Shown here: positions 11,771-22,417 of the stretch, one piece after another | How the letters are laid out: each line of letters begins with the position of its first letter | How positions within the stretch are numbered: the first letter of the stretch is position 1 | Assembly: GCA_963697675.1 (NCBI GenBank) | Contig: CAVOOW010000011.1 | Coordinates: 9,675-73,674 of the forward strand | DNA: 64,000 nucleotides | Source of the DNA: an uncultured Actinomycetota bacterium | GTDB lineage: Bacteria; Actinomycetota; Actinomycetes; JACCUZ01 | Reading direction: 5' to 3' | Notes under the pieces: model-generated | The model's input: only the letters and a program-made list of their open reading frames with translations | Told to the model about the DNA's origin: nothing | The model's database searches: none | Translations under genes and position numbers: made by a program

Positions 11771-13181
11771 CTAGGCCACCGTTGCGGGGCGGCTGGACAG
11801 GCGCGACCTCGGGATCGTTCGTGGTGAGGACCACTTCGTGCGTCGTACTGTTGTCTTCGCGCCACCACAATGTCGATTGCCGTGTGTGCGATGACTGCGA
11901 CCACGAGTCCGGTGACCGCGTCGGAGAACTGCGGGGCCTCCCAGTGGACCAATGCGGCGCTGGCAGCACCCACCGCCCAAGCGAGGAATGCGGTGGGCCG
12001 GACGCCTTGGACGATCCGGGTGGCGACCTGCTTGCGCAGGATGGACCTGGTCGGCGATAGGACTCCGCCGAGCGGGGGGACGAAGATACTCAGGATGATG
12101 AGCCAGTTCAGGAAGTCGCTCCAGATCTCCCGCGAGTGCGATGACGATCCCGACGATTCCGAGGAAGAGGGTGACGATACACATCCGTTGGCGGAGCAGG
12201 TGCGAACAGCTCACCGCACCGTTGTAGAGGCAGTGACTGCACACAGAGCCGAGGTTCACGAACACGAAGACAGCGGCAAGCGCGCTGAGCAGGTGGCCGT
12301 GGCCGTGGGTCAGGATCGGCAGGAAGTTGCCGCCGTCGGCTGCGGGGGCGGCGATGGCGCCGGCGGCGACGATGATTCCGCCGGTGACCTGGGCGACCAT
12401 GCTGGCGATTGGGAAGGCGGTCGCTGTGGCGATGACCGCCTCCCGGCCGTTCTTGGACCAGCGTGTGAAGTCGGCGGTCATGGTCCCGGAGTCGGCGAAC
12501 GTAGCCATGATGATCGAGACGGCTGCTCCGAACGTGAGCGAACCCGCTGCGGCCCCTCCGATACCTGGGTAGCTGAAGATCGCTCCGAGGTCGTTGTTCT
12601 GGGCGACGATCGCGATGGCGATGACCGCGACGAGGATGAACAGCGGGCGGCGATGGCCCCGAGGAACGAGAGCGCTCGGATACCGGCGTAGGTGACCGCG
12701 ATGAAGGCCAACCCGGCTAGCACGATCACGATCTTCTCGTTCCAACCGAACGAGCTGTTGAGCGTCGCTCCGGTAGCCCCGGTGTTGAAGGCGAACCAAC
12801 CCACCACGATAGAGGCGAGGAACCCGGACGCGATGATGTAGCCGAAGCGCCCGAACGTCTCGGTCGCCTGCAGTGCGAAGCTCTCGCCGGTGCTGCCTGC
12901 GCGGTGGCTGAGCAACCCGACATAGACCAGCATGATCAGGTTGGCGACCAGGATCGCGCCCACTCCCTGCCAGAACCCGAGAAGGGCGACCACGATGCCG
13001 CCCGGGACGGCGTTGGTCAGGATCATCGGGAAGCCGAACCAGACCGCGGCGACAGTGGCTGAGACTTGCGGTGAGTCAGGGGTACTGCTGAGTGCTCGAA
13101 CTCGGACTCGAGTTCGATCCCTCCGAGGCGTTCTGAGCCGGTGGCCGCGCTGGGTAGCACCGCTCTGCGTGGATGTGTCAT
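11771..13181 (-). CDS. NCS1/cytosine permease family transporter (frameshifted; 3' end approximate)
   Basis: ESEFEHSAVPLTHRK..AAVWFGFPMILTNA, multiple TM segments, GWFAFNTG, DFTRWSK; ATGA overlap with the DUF1116 gene. Confidence 0.8.
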
Positions 13182-14605
13182 AGCTGCTCTCTCTCAGCGA
13201 TAGCCAGGATGGCGTTGTCGAAGCACTCGATCGGCGGATGCGTGATGCCGGCGCCGATCATGCCGACGCCCGGCTCCTTGTGGGCGATGGCGGTGTTGAT
13301 GACGGGCAGGATGCCGGTCTGCATGACCTTGCGGACGTCGATTCCGGTCGGGACGCCCGGAAGTCGAGCAGCGGGATCGGTGACGTTCGGGTTCTCGGTG
13401 GTGGTGATCTCTGCCATGGTGCCGCGAGATAGCCGATCGCGTCGTCGACGGTGCCGCCGACCAGCGCGACGATCGCCGGCGCCGCGGCCATGGCGAAGCC
13501 GCCGATGCCGTAGGTCTCGGTGATGGCGCTGTCGCCGATGTCCAGGCCGGAGTCCGCGGGCTTGTAGCCGGCGAACATCGGCCCGATGACCTGCTGCGCC
13601 GGGCCGGTGAACCAGGTGCTGTCCGGGGACACCGCTGACTCGGATACCGAACTCGACACCGTTGCGGGCCATCGTGGTCACGACGGTGCTGTGCGCGATC
13701 CCGTGGGCAGCGTCCAGCGCGCCTTGGCCATCGCCATCCAGGTCGGGCCGGAGAAGTAGTCTGAGCTGGCGACGAAGTCGAAGACCTGCTGCTTCTCCTC
13801 GGTGGTGAAGCTCGTCTCGCAGGATGCACGGCGCGAGCGCCTGGATCAGCAGGGTGGTGCCGGCGACGTTGCGGTTGTGGCACTCGTCGCCCATGTGCAG
13901 GGCCTGGGCGAGCATCAGCCGCAGGTCGATCGGCGCCGGCGATCTCCATCGCCTCCGCGAGGACCGGGCCGAGCACGTCGCGCATCCAGTTCAGCCGGTC
14001 GATGACGCTGTCGTCGTTGGCGCCCATCCGCAGGATCTTGGCCAGCTGCTCGCTCAGGTTGGTGTAGGCGATGTTGCCGTAGGTCTTGTTCTCGACGATG
14101 TGCATGTACATCGAGGCGGAGGTAACCCCGGCCATCGAGCCGACACAGTCGTGCTCGTGGCAGGGCGAGAACGTGATCTCACCCGAAGCGGCCAGCTCGG
14201 CTGCCTCGGCCAGGTGCGCGGCGAGGCCCTCGAAGACCAGGGCGCCGGTGACGGCGCCCTTCATCGGGCCGGACATCCGCTCCCAACCGATCGGCGGGCC
14301 GGCGTGCAGGATGGTCGTCTGCGTCATGCCGGGCACGACGTCGATCGCCTGGCCGAAGCCGACGAGCATCGGCTGGGACTGGTGATCCGCTCGACCGCCT
14401 CCGGTTGGCGGCGTCGATCGCTGGCCGCGATCAGCGGTTCCTCGAGCCCAGTCAGGGCGGCGATGATCTCGGGTTTGCCGCCGCCGGGCGGGGTCCAGTC
14501 AAGTGTGGTTACGGCGACGCCCTGCTGGGCGATGTCGTCGCCGAACATGTCCAGACCCACATTGACGACGTTGAGATCATCGGCGAACAGCTCGGCGATG
14601 CTCAT
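13178..14605 (-). CDS. YahG/YlbE (DUF1116) family protein (frameshifted)
   Basis: N-terminus LNVVNVGLDMFGDD..LDWTPPGGG; ILHAGPPIGWERMSGPMKGAV, PCHEHDCVGSMAG, MGDECHNRN, DSGLDIGDSAITET, INTAIAHKEPGVGMIGAG. Confidence 0.88.
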
Positions 14606-16155
14606 GAGTTTTGTCCCTTCCAGACGAGCTCACGGGCGAGCAGACCGGTGCTGGCGCTGCTGCTGGAAATGGTTACGCCAGCGGACTCGAGCTTGGCGAT
14701 CTGCTCGCCCAGCGTCCGGGTGGTCCAGTTCGGTGCCCAGCACGTAGCCGAGGATTTCGAGGTGCCGACCCTCGTCGCGCGGCGAGGTGCTTGGCCTCGA
14801 CGATGGCGGGAAGCATCACGCCGACCGGGTCCTGGTGCGATCCGTATCCGAGGATGAAGTCCAGCACGATGACGCCGACCTACGGGTCGTTCGCTTCCTG
14901 AGTGAACCGGCGATCCGCTGGGACGGGTCGATCATCGGGTGCGGGTCGTCCGCTCGTGAAGTCGTCGTCGCCGAAGTCGAGGAAGGTGTGGGCGATGCTG
15001 AGGCTGGTCGGGTCCGGGCGCCGGTCCGGGGCGGAGGCGATGTTGCTGTACACGTCTGGGTAGCGCTCGGCCACGGCGTACATCACTTCGTCGCAGATCG
15101 TGCCGCCGCAGAACAGGCCGCGGATGTAGCGCGGCTCTGCGGTGAACTTGGCTCGGATCGTCTCGATCAGTGGCCAGTCCAGCGCATCCAGGTCCAGGCC
15201 CTGATCTTCCAGACCGCTCAGTCGCATCGCAGCGAGGGCGGCCTGTCGGTATCGCGGGCAAACGTGCCCCCGGCGTCGGCCACAGCTTCCTGGGAGCCAC
15301 CGATGAAGCAGACGACCACTGGCTTGGAGCAGTGACTGATCTCCGCGAGGATCTTGGCTTCGACGGTCCGTGCCGGCGGCTTGGAGACCAGGACGATGAC
15401 TGACGTTTGCGGGTCCTGCTCCAGGCGCGCGGATCCCGTCGAGCATCATGATCCCGCCGACGCGTTCGGACATGTCGCTGCCGCCGGTGCCTATCAGCTG
15501 CGAGATGCCGCCGCCGAGTTCGTGGATCCGGACGCTGACCTCCTGACTGCCGGTTCCGGACGCGCCGACGACGCCGATGCAGCCTGGACGGACCGCGTTG
15601 CCGAAGCACAGGGCCACGTTGTTGATGATCGCCGTACCGCAGTCCGGGCCCATCATGAGCAGTCCCTGCTCGTGCGCGAGAGTCTTGAGCGCGACCTCGT
15701 CCTGCACACTGACGTGGTCGCTGAAGAGCATTACGTGCAAGCCGGACTGCAGCGCCGTGCGCGCCTCGCGGACGGCGAAAGCGCCGTTTACCGCGATAAC
15801 GGCCAGGTTCGCGCTCGGTACGTGCTGCACGGCAGCATCGATGCTGCGATACGTGGTCTCCTGGTTGTTACTCGATGGCTTCTTCCTGGTGAACAGTTCC
15901 TCGACGGCTGTCAGTGTGTCTTGCCGGGTCGGTACCGGCAGAGGTCTCGACGACAATCATCAGGTCCCCCGGGCAGGCGTCTTCTAGCTCCACGCTGAGC
16001 TGTCCGAGGCTGCGTAGCACCTCTTTGTTCATGACGGTGCCCGAAGCGACAAACGCCTGCTCGACCCCGTCGAGCTGGTTCGCTTTGGTGGAGATCGACA
16101 TCAATGAGACCGAGTCGAAATAGGTGTTCTTCTTCACGACAACTGTGGTGGTCAC
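14602..16155 (-). CDS. fdrA: FdrA/YahF acyl-CoA synthetase-like protein (frameshifted)
   Basis: NTYFDSVSLMSIS, HVMLFSDHVS, LLMMGPDCGTAII, VGASGTGSQEV, IRGLFCGGTICDE, FLDFGDDDFTSGRP, LDFILGYGSH; ends VWKGQNS* overlapping the next ATG. Confidence 0.88.
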
Positions 16156-17171
16156 GACAACCCTCTCAATGCTTTTTCTAGGTGCAGGCCCGCCTGCATG
16201 CCGGACAGAGTGTCTGTTCCCGAGGAGTGCCCGATCGCGATCGATCTGCGTGCGGCGCTCACGAGGGCGAATCGGTCGTTGGCAGCGACGGCGTCAAGGA
16301 CCGACACGAACGACTGACGGGCGCGCCCGCGGACCGCCTCACTCATCGTGGTGAAGCTGATGTCGTTGGTCAGGTCTCGATGCGTGTTTACCAGCGTGGT
16401 GAGGAAATCCTGCCAGCGCCCGGCTTTAGCACCGGGGCAGGCAACGACCAGGGCGAGACCCGCGATGAAGTCATCCCCGGCGGGTGTGAGTCCGGGACCG
16501 AGGCCGATCAGACCTCTCCCCAACCAGGAGGCCTCCTCGAGATCATCGAATCGGAGTGCCCGCACCAATGCGTGGGTGCCGATGGTGAGGTGGCGAGAGA
16601 CGGCGGCCTCGAAGCCCGATCGGAACCTACGCGGCGCGAGTACTCCACCGCGCACCCCATTGAGGCGGACCACCGCCGAGAGAGTGTCAATCATCTGCGA
16701 GAAGCCGCCTGCGCTGACCTCAATCGAGTGATCAATGTTGGGCAGGCGCGGCTCCCACGGGCGCGCCCCTTGCAGTGCGACCTCGAACAGACCCGGCGCT
16801 ACGAGCCCATCCTTCGAGCCATAGACGCTGCTGCCTATTGCCACAGTGAGCTGACGCCATGTTGACAGGTCGAGGACCAGCGTGTTGGGGGCGTCATCAC
16901 TGCCGCGGGTCGCCAGTGTAAAGAGGTGCCTCTCGCCGGTGCTGAGATTGATGACATTGTCGAACACGCTGTGTACGCGTGCTGAGAAGGCATCTACGTT
17001 TGCCAGCGGAAGGAATTCAACATCCCCAGAGAGAGCCGTGATCGGGAGGACTCTTCTGGTCAGTAGCGCGCCTCGCTCATGTGCGGACGCAGTTGCAGAA
17101 CCAGCCGATAGCTGAGGCGGCGCAGCACCCCGCCGCGCGACAACTGCACTGTCACTGCTTCGGCTAGGCAT
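16152..17171 (-). CDS. DUF2877 (YahE/YlbF) family protein
   Basis: VHSVFDNVINL, LIGLGPGLTPAGDDFIAG, IGHSSGTDTLSG; start codon uncertain. Confidence 0.85.
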   Translation of the reverse strand: MPSRSSDSAVVARRGAAPPQLSAGSATASAHERGALLTRRVLPITALSGDVEFLPLANVDAFSARVHSVFDNVINLSTGERHLFTLATRGSDDAPNTLVLDLSTWRQLTVAIGSSVYGSKDGLVAPGLFEVALQGARPWEPRLPNIDHSIEVSAGGFSQMIDTLSAVVRLNGVRGGVLAPRRFRSGFEAAVSRHLTIGTHALVRALRFDDLEEASWLGRGLIGLGPGLTPAGDDFIAGLALVVACPGAKAGRWQDFLTTLVNTHRDLTNDISFTTMSEAVRGRARQSFVSVLDAVAANDRFALVSAARRSIAIGHSSGTDTLSGMQAGLHLEKALRGLS

Positions 17172-17849
17172 TCGACCTGTCCCGATCTATTGAGGCTCAG
17201 CGATATGCAGCCGAGGCGACCTCAGCGTCGGTGAACATGGCGTGACGCAACAGGGGCTTAGGTCCTGTCCTCTTGGGCGGAGGATCCCTGGGGCCTGTCC
17301 ACGGCAACTGGACACGGTCCGTCCCTCGACCACGACAACCTGGCACCGAGGACGAGACCTCAGCAGCGGCAGTGTCTGGAGCTGCTTCCGCACCGGTGGC
17401 AACTCGTCAAGGTCGACGACGCGAGAAGGCAGGCCAGGTGGCCGATGTTCGCGGTGGACGCAGTATGGCTGGGCCGATTTGACGCGCGGGCCTGCGTAGA
17501 AAAGCGCCTCCTATCGCGGAGAGATTTGTGTGTCTTTGAAGACCGAAATGACGTGTCTATGGACGCTGGCTTCCCTGCGTCTAGTCCGGGTATCTGCTGC
17601 GGCGAAGCCCTTACGAGGTAACGGGTTTACGCTCAGCCCTGCCTTCGTCTCATTTCCCGTGCCCTGCGTTCAAGCCCCAGCCGCACGCACCACCCTTTCT
17701 GTGGACGACTCCACGATGCATTGTTTCGGCTCGCCGCATGGCCTAGCAGCGACGAGTGGCGTCAGGGCCTGGCGCATGTGCGGCGGGCCGAAGGGACGGG
17801 TGAGAGCGGTGACGGCGCTCGGCGAGCAGTCCCGTGCTTGCTTTTCGAG

Positions 17850-18838
17850 CTACGACGTCAGGGCGACGGATCCGTAGACGTCGATGGGCGAGTTGGGCTC
17901 CCAGGCGCCGCCCAAGGACACATCGACGTACACGACTGCGACGTCGCCGGCGTTCAGGTGGACTGACTCGTCTTCCGACCACGAGCAGTCGTTCGACGTC
18001 GGACCTTGCCCCTCGACGTGAAAGAGGCACCCGCCGGCCGGGACCAGCGGCTGCGTTCCACTCGAGGCCACCAGCAGCGTCAGTCGCACTTGGAGCGGAT
18101 GACCGACGAGATCTGTGATGCTACCGAAGTTCGCATACATGTCGGTGATCGTCACGTCTTGGGCTATCACCTGTTCCATGCTCGTGTGTGCTGCCTCGAT
18201 CGTGTACGCGTCATAGTCGAGCCATGGAGCTGGCACCTGCGTGACTAGGTATCCGGACAACGGCAGGTACGCGTGCGTGTCCGGCCAGGTGCCGGACGAC
18301 TGCAGAGTGAACACGCCGCCCGACATCATGCTGCCGTGACCTGCGGCGCCGGTCGGACCGTCCGCGCGGTTGGTCCCGTCCGCTCCAGTAGCGCCGGTGG
18401 GGCCGTCCGCACCGTTGCGTCCCCATCAACTCCAGGGGTGCCGGCCAGGCCGGTCGAACCGTCGGCACCGTTCGTCCCGTCGGTTCCGGAGGGGCCCGCG
18501 GCGCCATCCGCGCCATCCGCCCCGGTGGCGCCGGTGGCACCAACAGCACCTCGCGCGCCGTTCGCGCCGTCAGTTCCGGGCTTGCCCTTGGCGTTCCAGT
18601 GCACCCGGCTTGATCCAGCGGGGCATGTTCTTGGCCGCGCCGGACTCTTCACGACGTTGAACACCACGCGGTGACCGGAGGTCGCGAGACATCCGGTGAA
18701 CAAGTGCGGCGTCCCACTGTTGGGAGCCAGGGTCGAACTGACTGCAGGAGCCAGTCCGGCACCGCCGATGAGCAGTGCCGCGATGCCGACCGTTGCCACA
18801 CCATGACGACGGTGCAACCACTTGAGCGAGATAGTCAC
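17850..18838 (-). CDS. Secreted collagen-like (Gly-X-Y repeat) protein, split by one indel
   Basis: Signal peptide, Cys-pair domain, about 28 GXY triplets; shifting frame near 18424 gives GRNGADGPTGATGADGTNRADGPTGAAGHGS, which reads directly into ORF 17850..18329. Confidence 0.75.
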
Positions 18839-19077
18839 TGAGTACCCCTGAAATCACGATGTGCGCGGGCCAGCCGAAGGGCGGATGTCGGTGGAGGCCA
18901 CCGACCACCTCCTATCGACAGCGGCTAGGGCACCAATTACGAAAGTACGTAGCAAACGCCTACATACCCCACTAATGCTGCGGCCTGGCACCATGGACCC
19001 GCATCAGGACCCGAGGAGACTTGCCTGCGGCACCCGAAGCGGCCAGCCGACGCGGACGAATCTCGAGGAGTGATGAC

Positions 19078-19803
19078 GTGAAAGCGACCGAGCGGTGGTA
19101 CTCCCCCCGGCTGCAACAGCACATCGGTCTCGCACGCTGGGGGCACTACGGCACACCGGTGCTGGTTTTTCCGACGGCCGGGGGCGACGCCGAGGAGATC
19201 GAGCGCAACTATTTGGTCGCGGCGTGCGGTGAGCTGATCGAGAGCGGCCGCGTCAAGCTCTACTCCTGCGACAGCGTCGCTGGGCGGGCGATGGTCGCCA
19301 AGGATGGTTCCCCGGCGTACCGGATGTGGCTGCTCAACCAGTTTCACGACTGCATCAGGCAAGAGGTTGTGCCGGCGATCCATGCTGACCTCGGCGGGCA
19401 CCGGCCCCTGATCATCACGGCGGGTGCGTCGATCGGCGCCTTCAACTCGCTGGCCACGCTGTGCCGCTATCCAGACGTCATTTCCATGGCAGTCGCGATG
19501 AGTGGCACGTTCGGCGTCGAGAAGTTCTTCGAGGGCGACTTCACCAACGATCTCTATTTCTCGTCCCCGCTCCACTTCCTTCCCGACCTCGAGGGGCCGC
19601 AGCTCGACACGTTGCGGCAACGGCTGGCAATCCTTGCTTCGGGGCAAGGCGCCTGGGAGGACGTCGGAGAGTCCTGGCACGCCGCCGACGTCCTCGGTCG
19701 CAAAGGTGTTCCCAATAGGGTCGACGCGTGGGGGACGGAGTGGGAGCACGATTGGGGGACCTGGCGGAGCATGCTGCCGCAATATCTCGACGAGTTCTGC
19801 TGA
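19078..19803 (+). CDS. Esterase family alpha/beta hydrolase
   Basis: GAGGAG RBS; WGHYGTPVLVFPTAGG, GASIGA nucleophile elbow, EHDWGTW catalytic His. Confidence 0.88.
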   Translation: MKATERWYSPRLQQHIGLARWGHYGTPVLVFPTAGGDAEEIERNYLVAACGELIESGRVKLYSCDSVAGRAMVAKDGSPAYRMWLLNQFHDCIRQEVVPAIHADLGGHRPLIITAGASIGAFNSLATLCRYPDVISMAVAMSGTFGVEKFFEGDFTNDLYFSSPLHFLPDLEGPQLDTLRQRLAILASGQGAWEDVGESWHAADVLGRKGVPNRVDAWGTEWEHDWGTWRSMLPQYLDEFC

Positions 19804-19862
19804 GCGAGCGGGCGAAAAGAAGACCGAGAGTCAAACGATCAGCAAAGGGACGCGTCCGCCCC

Positions 19863-21206
19863 TCAGGCGTCACCCAGCCGGGCCAGCAGCAGAGCCTCCG
19901 CCAGACACGCGCGTTCGAAGTCGCCGAGGTGGAGGCTCTCGTTGGCTCCGTGTGCCCGGGTGTCGGGGTCCTCGACGCCCGTGATGAGGATCTCGGCGAG
20001 AGGAAACGCCTGCGCGAACGGGCCGACGAAGCCGATGGAGCCGCCCACGCCGATCTTCACCGGTGCGGTTCCCCACGCCGAAGTGAAAGCTGCTTCAGCA
20101 GCCGCGTAGGCCGGACCCGTCGTGACCGCAGCGAACGGCTGGACCGTTCTGCCGGCCGTAACTGTCACGGGCGCACCCCACGGCGCGTGCGACGTCAGGT
20201 GTGCGACCAGCGCATCCCGCGCGGCATCGGCGTCGTCGCCGGGACCGACGCGCAACGTCAGTTTCGCGCGCGCACTGGGTACGAGTGTCATCGGTGCCTC
20301 AGCGACGGACGGTGCGTCGATGCCGATGACGGCGATCGCGGGGCTGGCCCACAGCCGCGACGTCAGCGTCCCAGTGCCGAGCAACCGCACGCCGTCGAGC
20401 ACGCCTGCGTCGCCGCGCAACTGGTCCTCGGTCAGGTCGAGCGGCTCGGCCGACCCTCGAAAGAGCCCGGCGACCGCGACGTCACCGTGCTCGTCGTGCA
20501 GGGTTGCCAGCAACCGGGCCAGGGCTGTCAGCGCATCCGGAACGGGGCCTCCGTACACGCCGTTGTGCACGGCGTGCTTGAGGGTCCGCACCTCCACGAC
20601 GACGTTGAGGCCGCCACGCAGTGTCGTGGTGAGCCCCGGCACGCCAACCCGCCAGTTCGTCGAGTCGGCCAGCACGATGACGTCGGCGGCGAGCCGATCC
20701 CGATAGCGGTCCAGGAACATCGGAAGAGTCGGTGACCCGATCTCCTCCTCGCCCTCGACGAGGACCGTCACGCCTACCCGCAGGTCGTCGCCCAGGCAGC
20801 GCAACGCCGCGCAGTGCAACGCGACGCCGGCCTTGTCGTCGGCGGCCCCACGTGCAAACAGCCGACCGTCGTGCTCGACCGGCTCGAAGGGGTCGGTGTC
20901 CCAGAGAGCACGATCGCCGGGCGGCTGCACATCGTGGTGGGCGTACAGCAACACGGTCGGCGCACCCACTGGCCCCGGCCGGTGACCGAGTACGGCCGGC
21001 TTACCGCCCTCGACCTGCAACACTTCGACGTCGGACAGGCCCGCAGCACCAAGCAACCCCGCCACTGACTCCGCGCTCGCGCGCAAATGCGCAGCAACGG
21101 ACGGATCGGCCGAGACCGAGGGGATGCGCACCAACCGCTCGAGATCCGCTCGCGCTGAGGGAAGGATTCGCGCAAGTGCACCACGGAGCTCGTCGACCTG
21201 CGCCAT
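19863..21206 (-). CDS. M20 family dipeptidase/metallopeptidase
   Basis: LLYAHHDVQP, ARGAADDKAG, EGEEEIGS, AHGANESL. Confidence 0.92.
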   Translation of the reverse strand: MAQVDELRGALARILPSARADLERLVRIPSVSADPSVAAHLRASAESVAGLLGAAGLSDVEVLQVEGGKPAVLGHRPGPVGAPTVLLYAHHDVQPPGDRALWDTDPFEPVEHDGRLFARGAADDKAGVALHCAALRCLGDDLRVGVTVLVEGEEEIGSPTLPMFLDRYRDRLAADVIVLADSTNWRVGVPGLTTTLRGGLNVVVEVRTLKHAVHNGVYGGPVPDALTALARLLATLHDEHGDVAVAGLFRGSAEPLDLTEDQLRGDAGVLDGVRLLGTGTLTSRLWASPAIAVIGIDAPSVAEAPMTLVPSARAKLTLRVGPGDDADAARDALVAHLTSHAPWGAPVTVTAGRTVQPFAAVTTGPAYAAAEAAFTSAWGTAPVKIGVGGSIGFVGPFAQAFPLAEILITGVEDPDTRAHGANESLHLGDFERACLAEALLLARLGDA

Positions 21207-22417
21207 CAGTTTGCGTACATGTGCACTTCGGCGGCGAAGCGGTCAGTCATCTCGACGACGCGTTGGAACTCCGGATGCCGCACGACGATCATCCCGTCCC
21301 CGATCACCGAGGAGCGCCAGTCACGCCGGGGCGCCCCGACGGGTAGCAGATCCACTACGGCGACGGCGTCGCCGAACTCACCAAGCAGCCGGTCTAGCCC
21401 TTCGACGTGAGTAATCCGGCCGGCACCCTTCGCGCGCTTGAAGATGCTGCCGACGTTGTAGTGCCGCTCGAGCTGCTGCATCCGGCCGTGCACCACTGCC
21501 TCCGCCCACCCGACGTACACATCGCCGTCGGTGGCGTAGTTCATCATGTCGGTGACGCGGGCGCCCGGGGGACGCGCACCGATCTCGCCGAACACGACCT
21601 CCCCGTCCGCCTTGCGATACCACTCCATGTGCGTGAAGCCGGCGTTGAAGCCGAGCGCAGCAAGCACGTCGGCGCCCATCTGGCGGCCACCTTGGATGTC
21701 CGCGACGGTCAGGTCGCGCAACGAGATGGACACCGGGCTGACCCATTCGTGCATGCGCATTTGCAGCGGCCGCGGGCGATACCAGAGCACGTTCTCGAAC
21801 AGGACATGTCCGTTCGCACACACCGTGTCGTACGTGAGCTCCTCGCCGTCGACGAACTCCTCCACGCTCAGCTCCGGGACGTGCCGCAGCAACGGGAGCA
21901 CCTCGGCCAGCTCCTGCACCGAGTCGATGCGGTACGTGTCGGCCGAGCCGGCACCATCGATGGGTTTGACGATCAGCGGGAACCCGATCTGCTCTGCCGC
22001 ATCCCACACACCGGCCACGGTCGTCGTACTCACATGCCACGGTGTACGGATGCCGGCGGCGTCGAGCACCTGCTTCATCCGCTCCTTGTCGCGGAAGGGC
22101 ACGGTCTGCTCGACGGTCATGCCTGGCAGCCCGAACGCCTCACGGATCCGGGCGGCCAGGATCATGTACGGCTCCCACAGGCACTCGACCTGGTCGATCC
22201 GTGCGTGGCGGGCCAGGCCGTGCAGGGCGGTGAGCACGGCTCCCTCGTCGGAGAGGGAAACGTGCTCGTAGTGCGCGAGCGCCTCCCGAGCCGCGGACGG
22301 CAGCGCGTGCGGTGGCTGGTCGCCGACGCCGATGACCCTGGCGCCGACGGCCGCGAGCCCGCGGGTAAAGAACGCCATCTCGGCCGGGTAGCCGGGCGAG
22401 AGCATCACGACGTTCAT
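21206..22417 (-). CDS. ATP-grasp domain amide/ester ligase (copy 1)
   Basis: Starts MNVVMLSPGYP; FRDKERMK, PLIVKPIDGAGSADT, VEEFVDGEE, FTHMEWY, EIGARPPG. Confidence 0.9.
   Translation of the reverse strand: MNVVMLSPGYPAEMAFFTRGLAAVGARVIGVGDQPPHALPSAAREALAHYEHVSLSDEGAVLTALHGLARHARIDQVECLWEPYMILAARIREAFGLPGMTVEQTVPFRDKERMKQVLDAAGIRTPWHVSTTTVAGVWDAAEQIGFPLIVKPIDGAGSADTYRIDSVQELAEVLPLLRHVPELSVEEFVDGEELTYDTVCANGHVLFENVLWYRPRPLQMRMHEWVSPVSISLRDLTVADIQGGRQMGADVLAALGFNAGFTHMEWYRKADGEVVFGEIGARPPGARVTDMMNYATDGDVYVGWAEAVVHGRMQQLERHYNVGSIFKRAKGAGRITHVEGLDRLLGEFGDAVAVVDLLPVGAPRRDWRSSVIGDGMIVVRHPEFQRVVEMTDRFAAEVHMYAN

Noticed and set aside
17187..17760. Riboswitch upstream of the yahEFG-like operon
   Set aside because: Some hairpins are present, but I found no match to purine, guanidine or other aptamer consensus sequences that I can recognise
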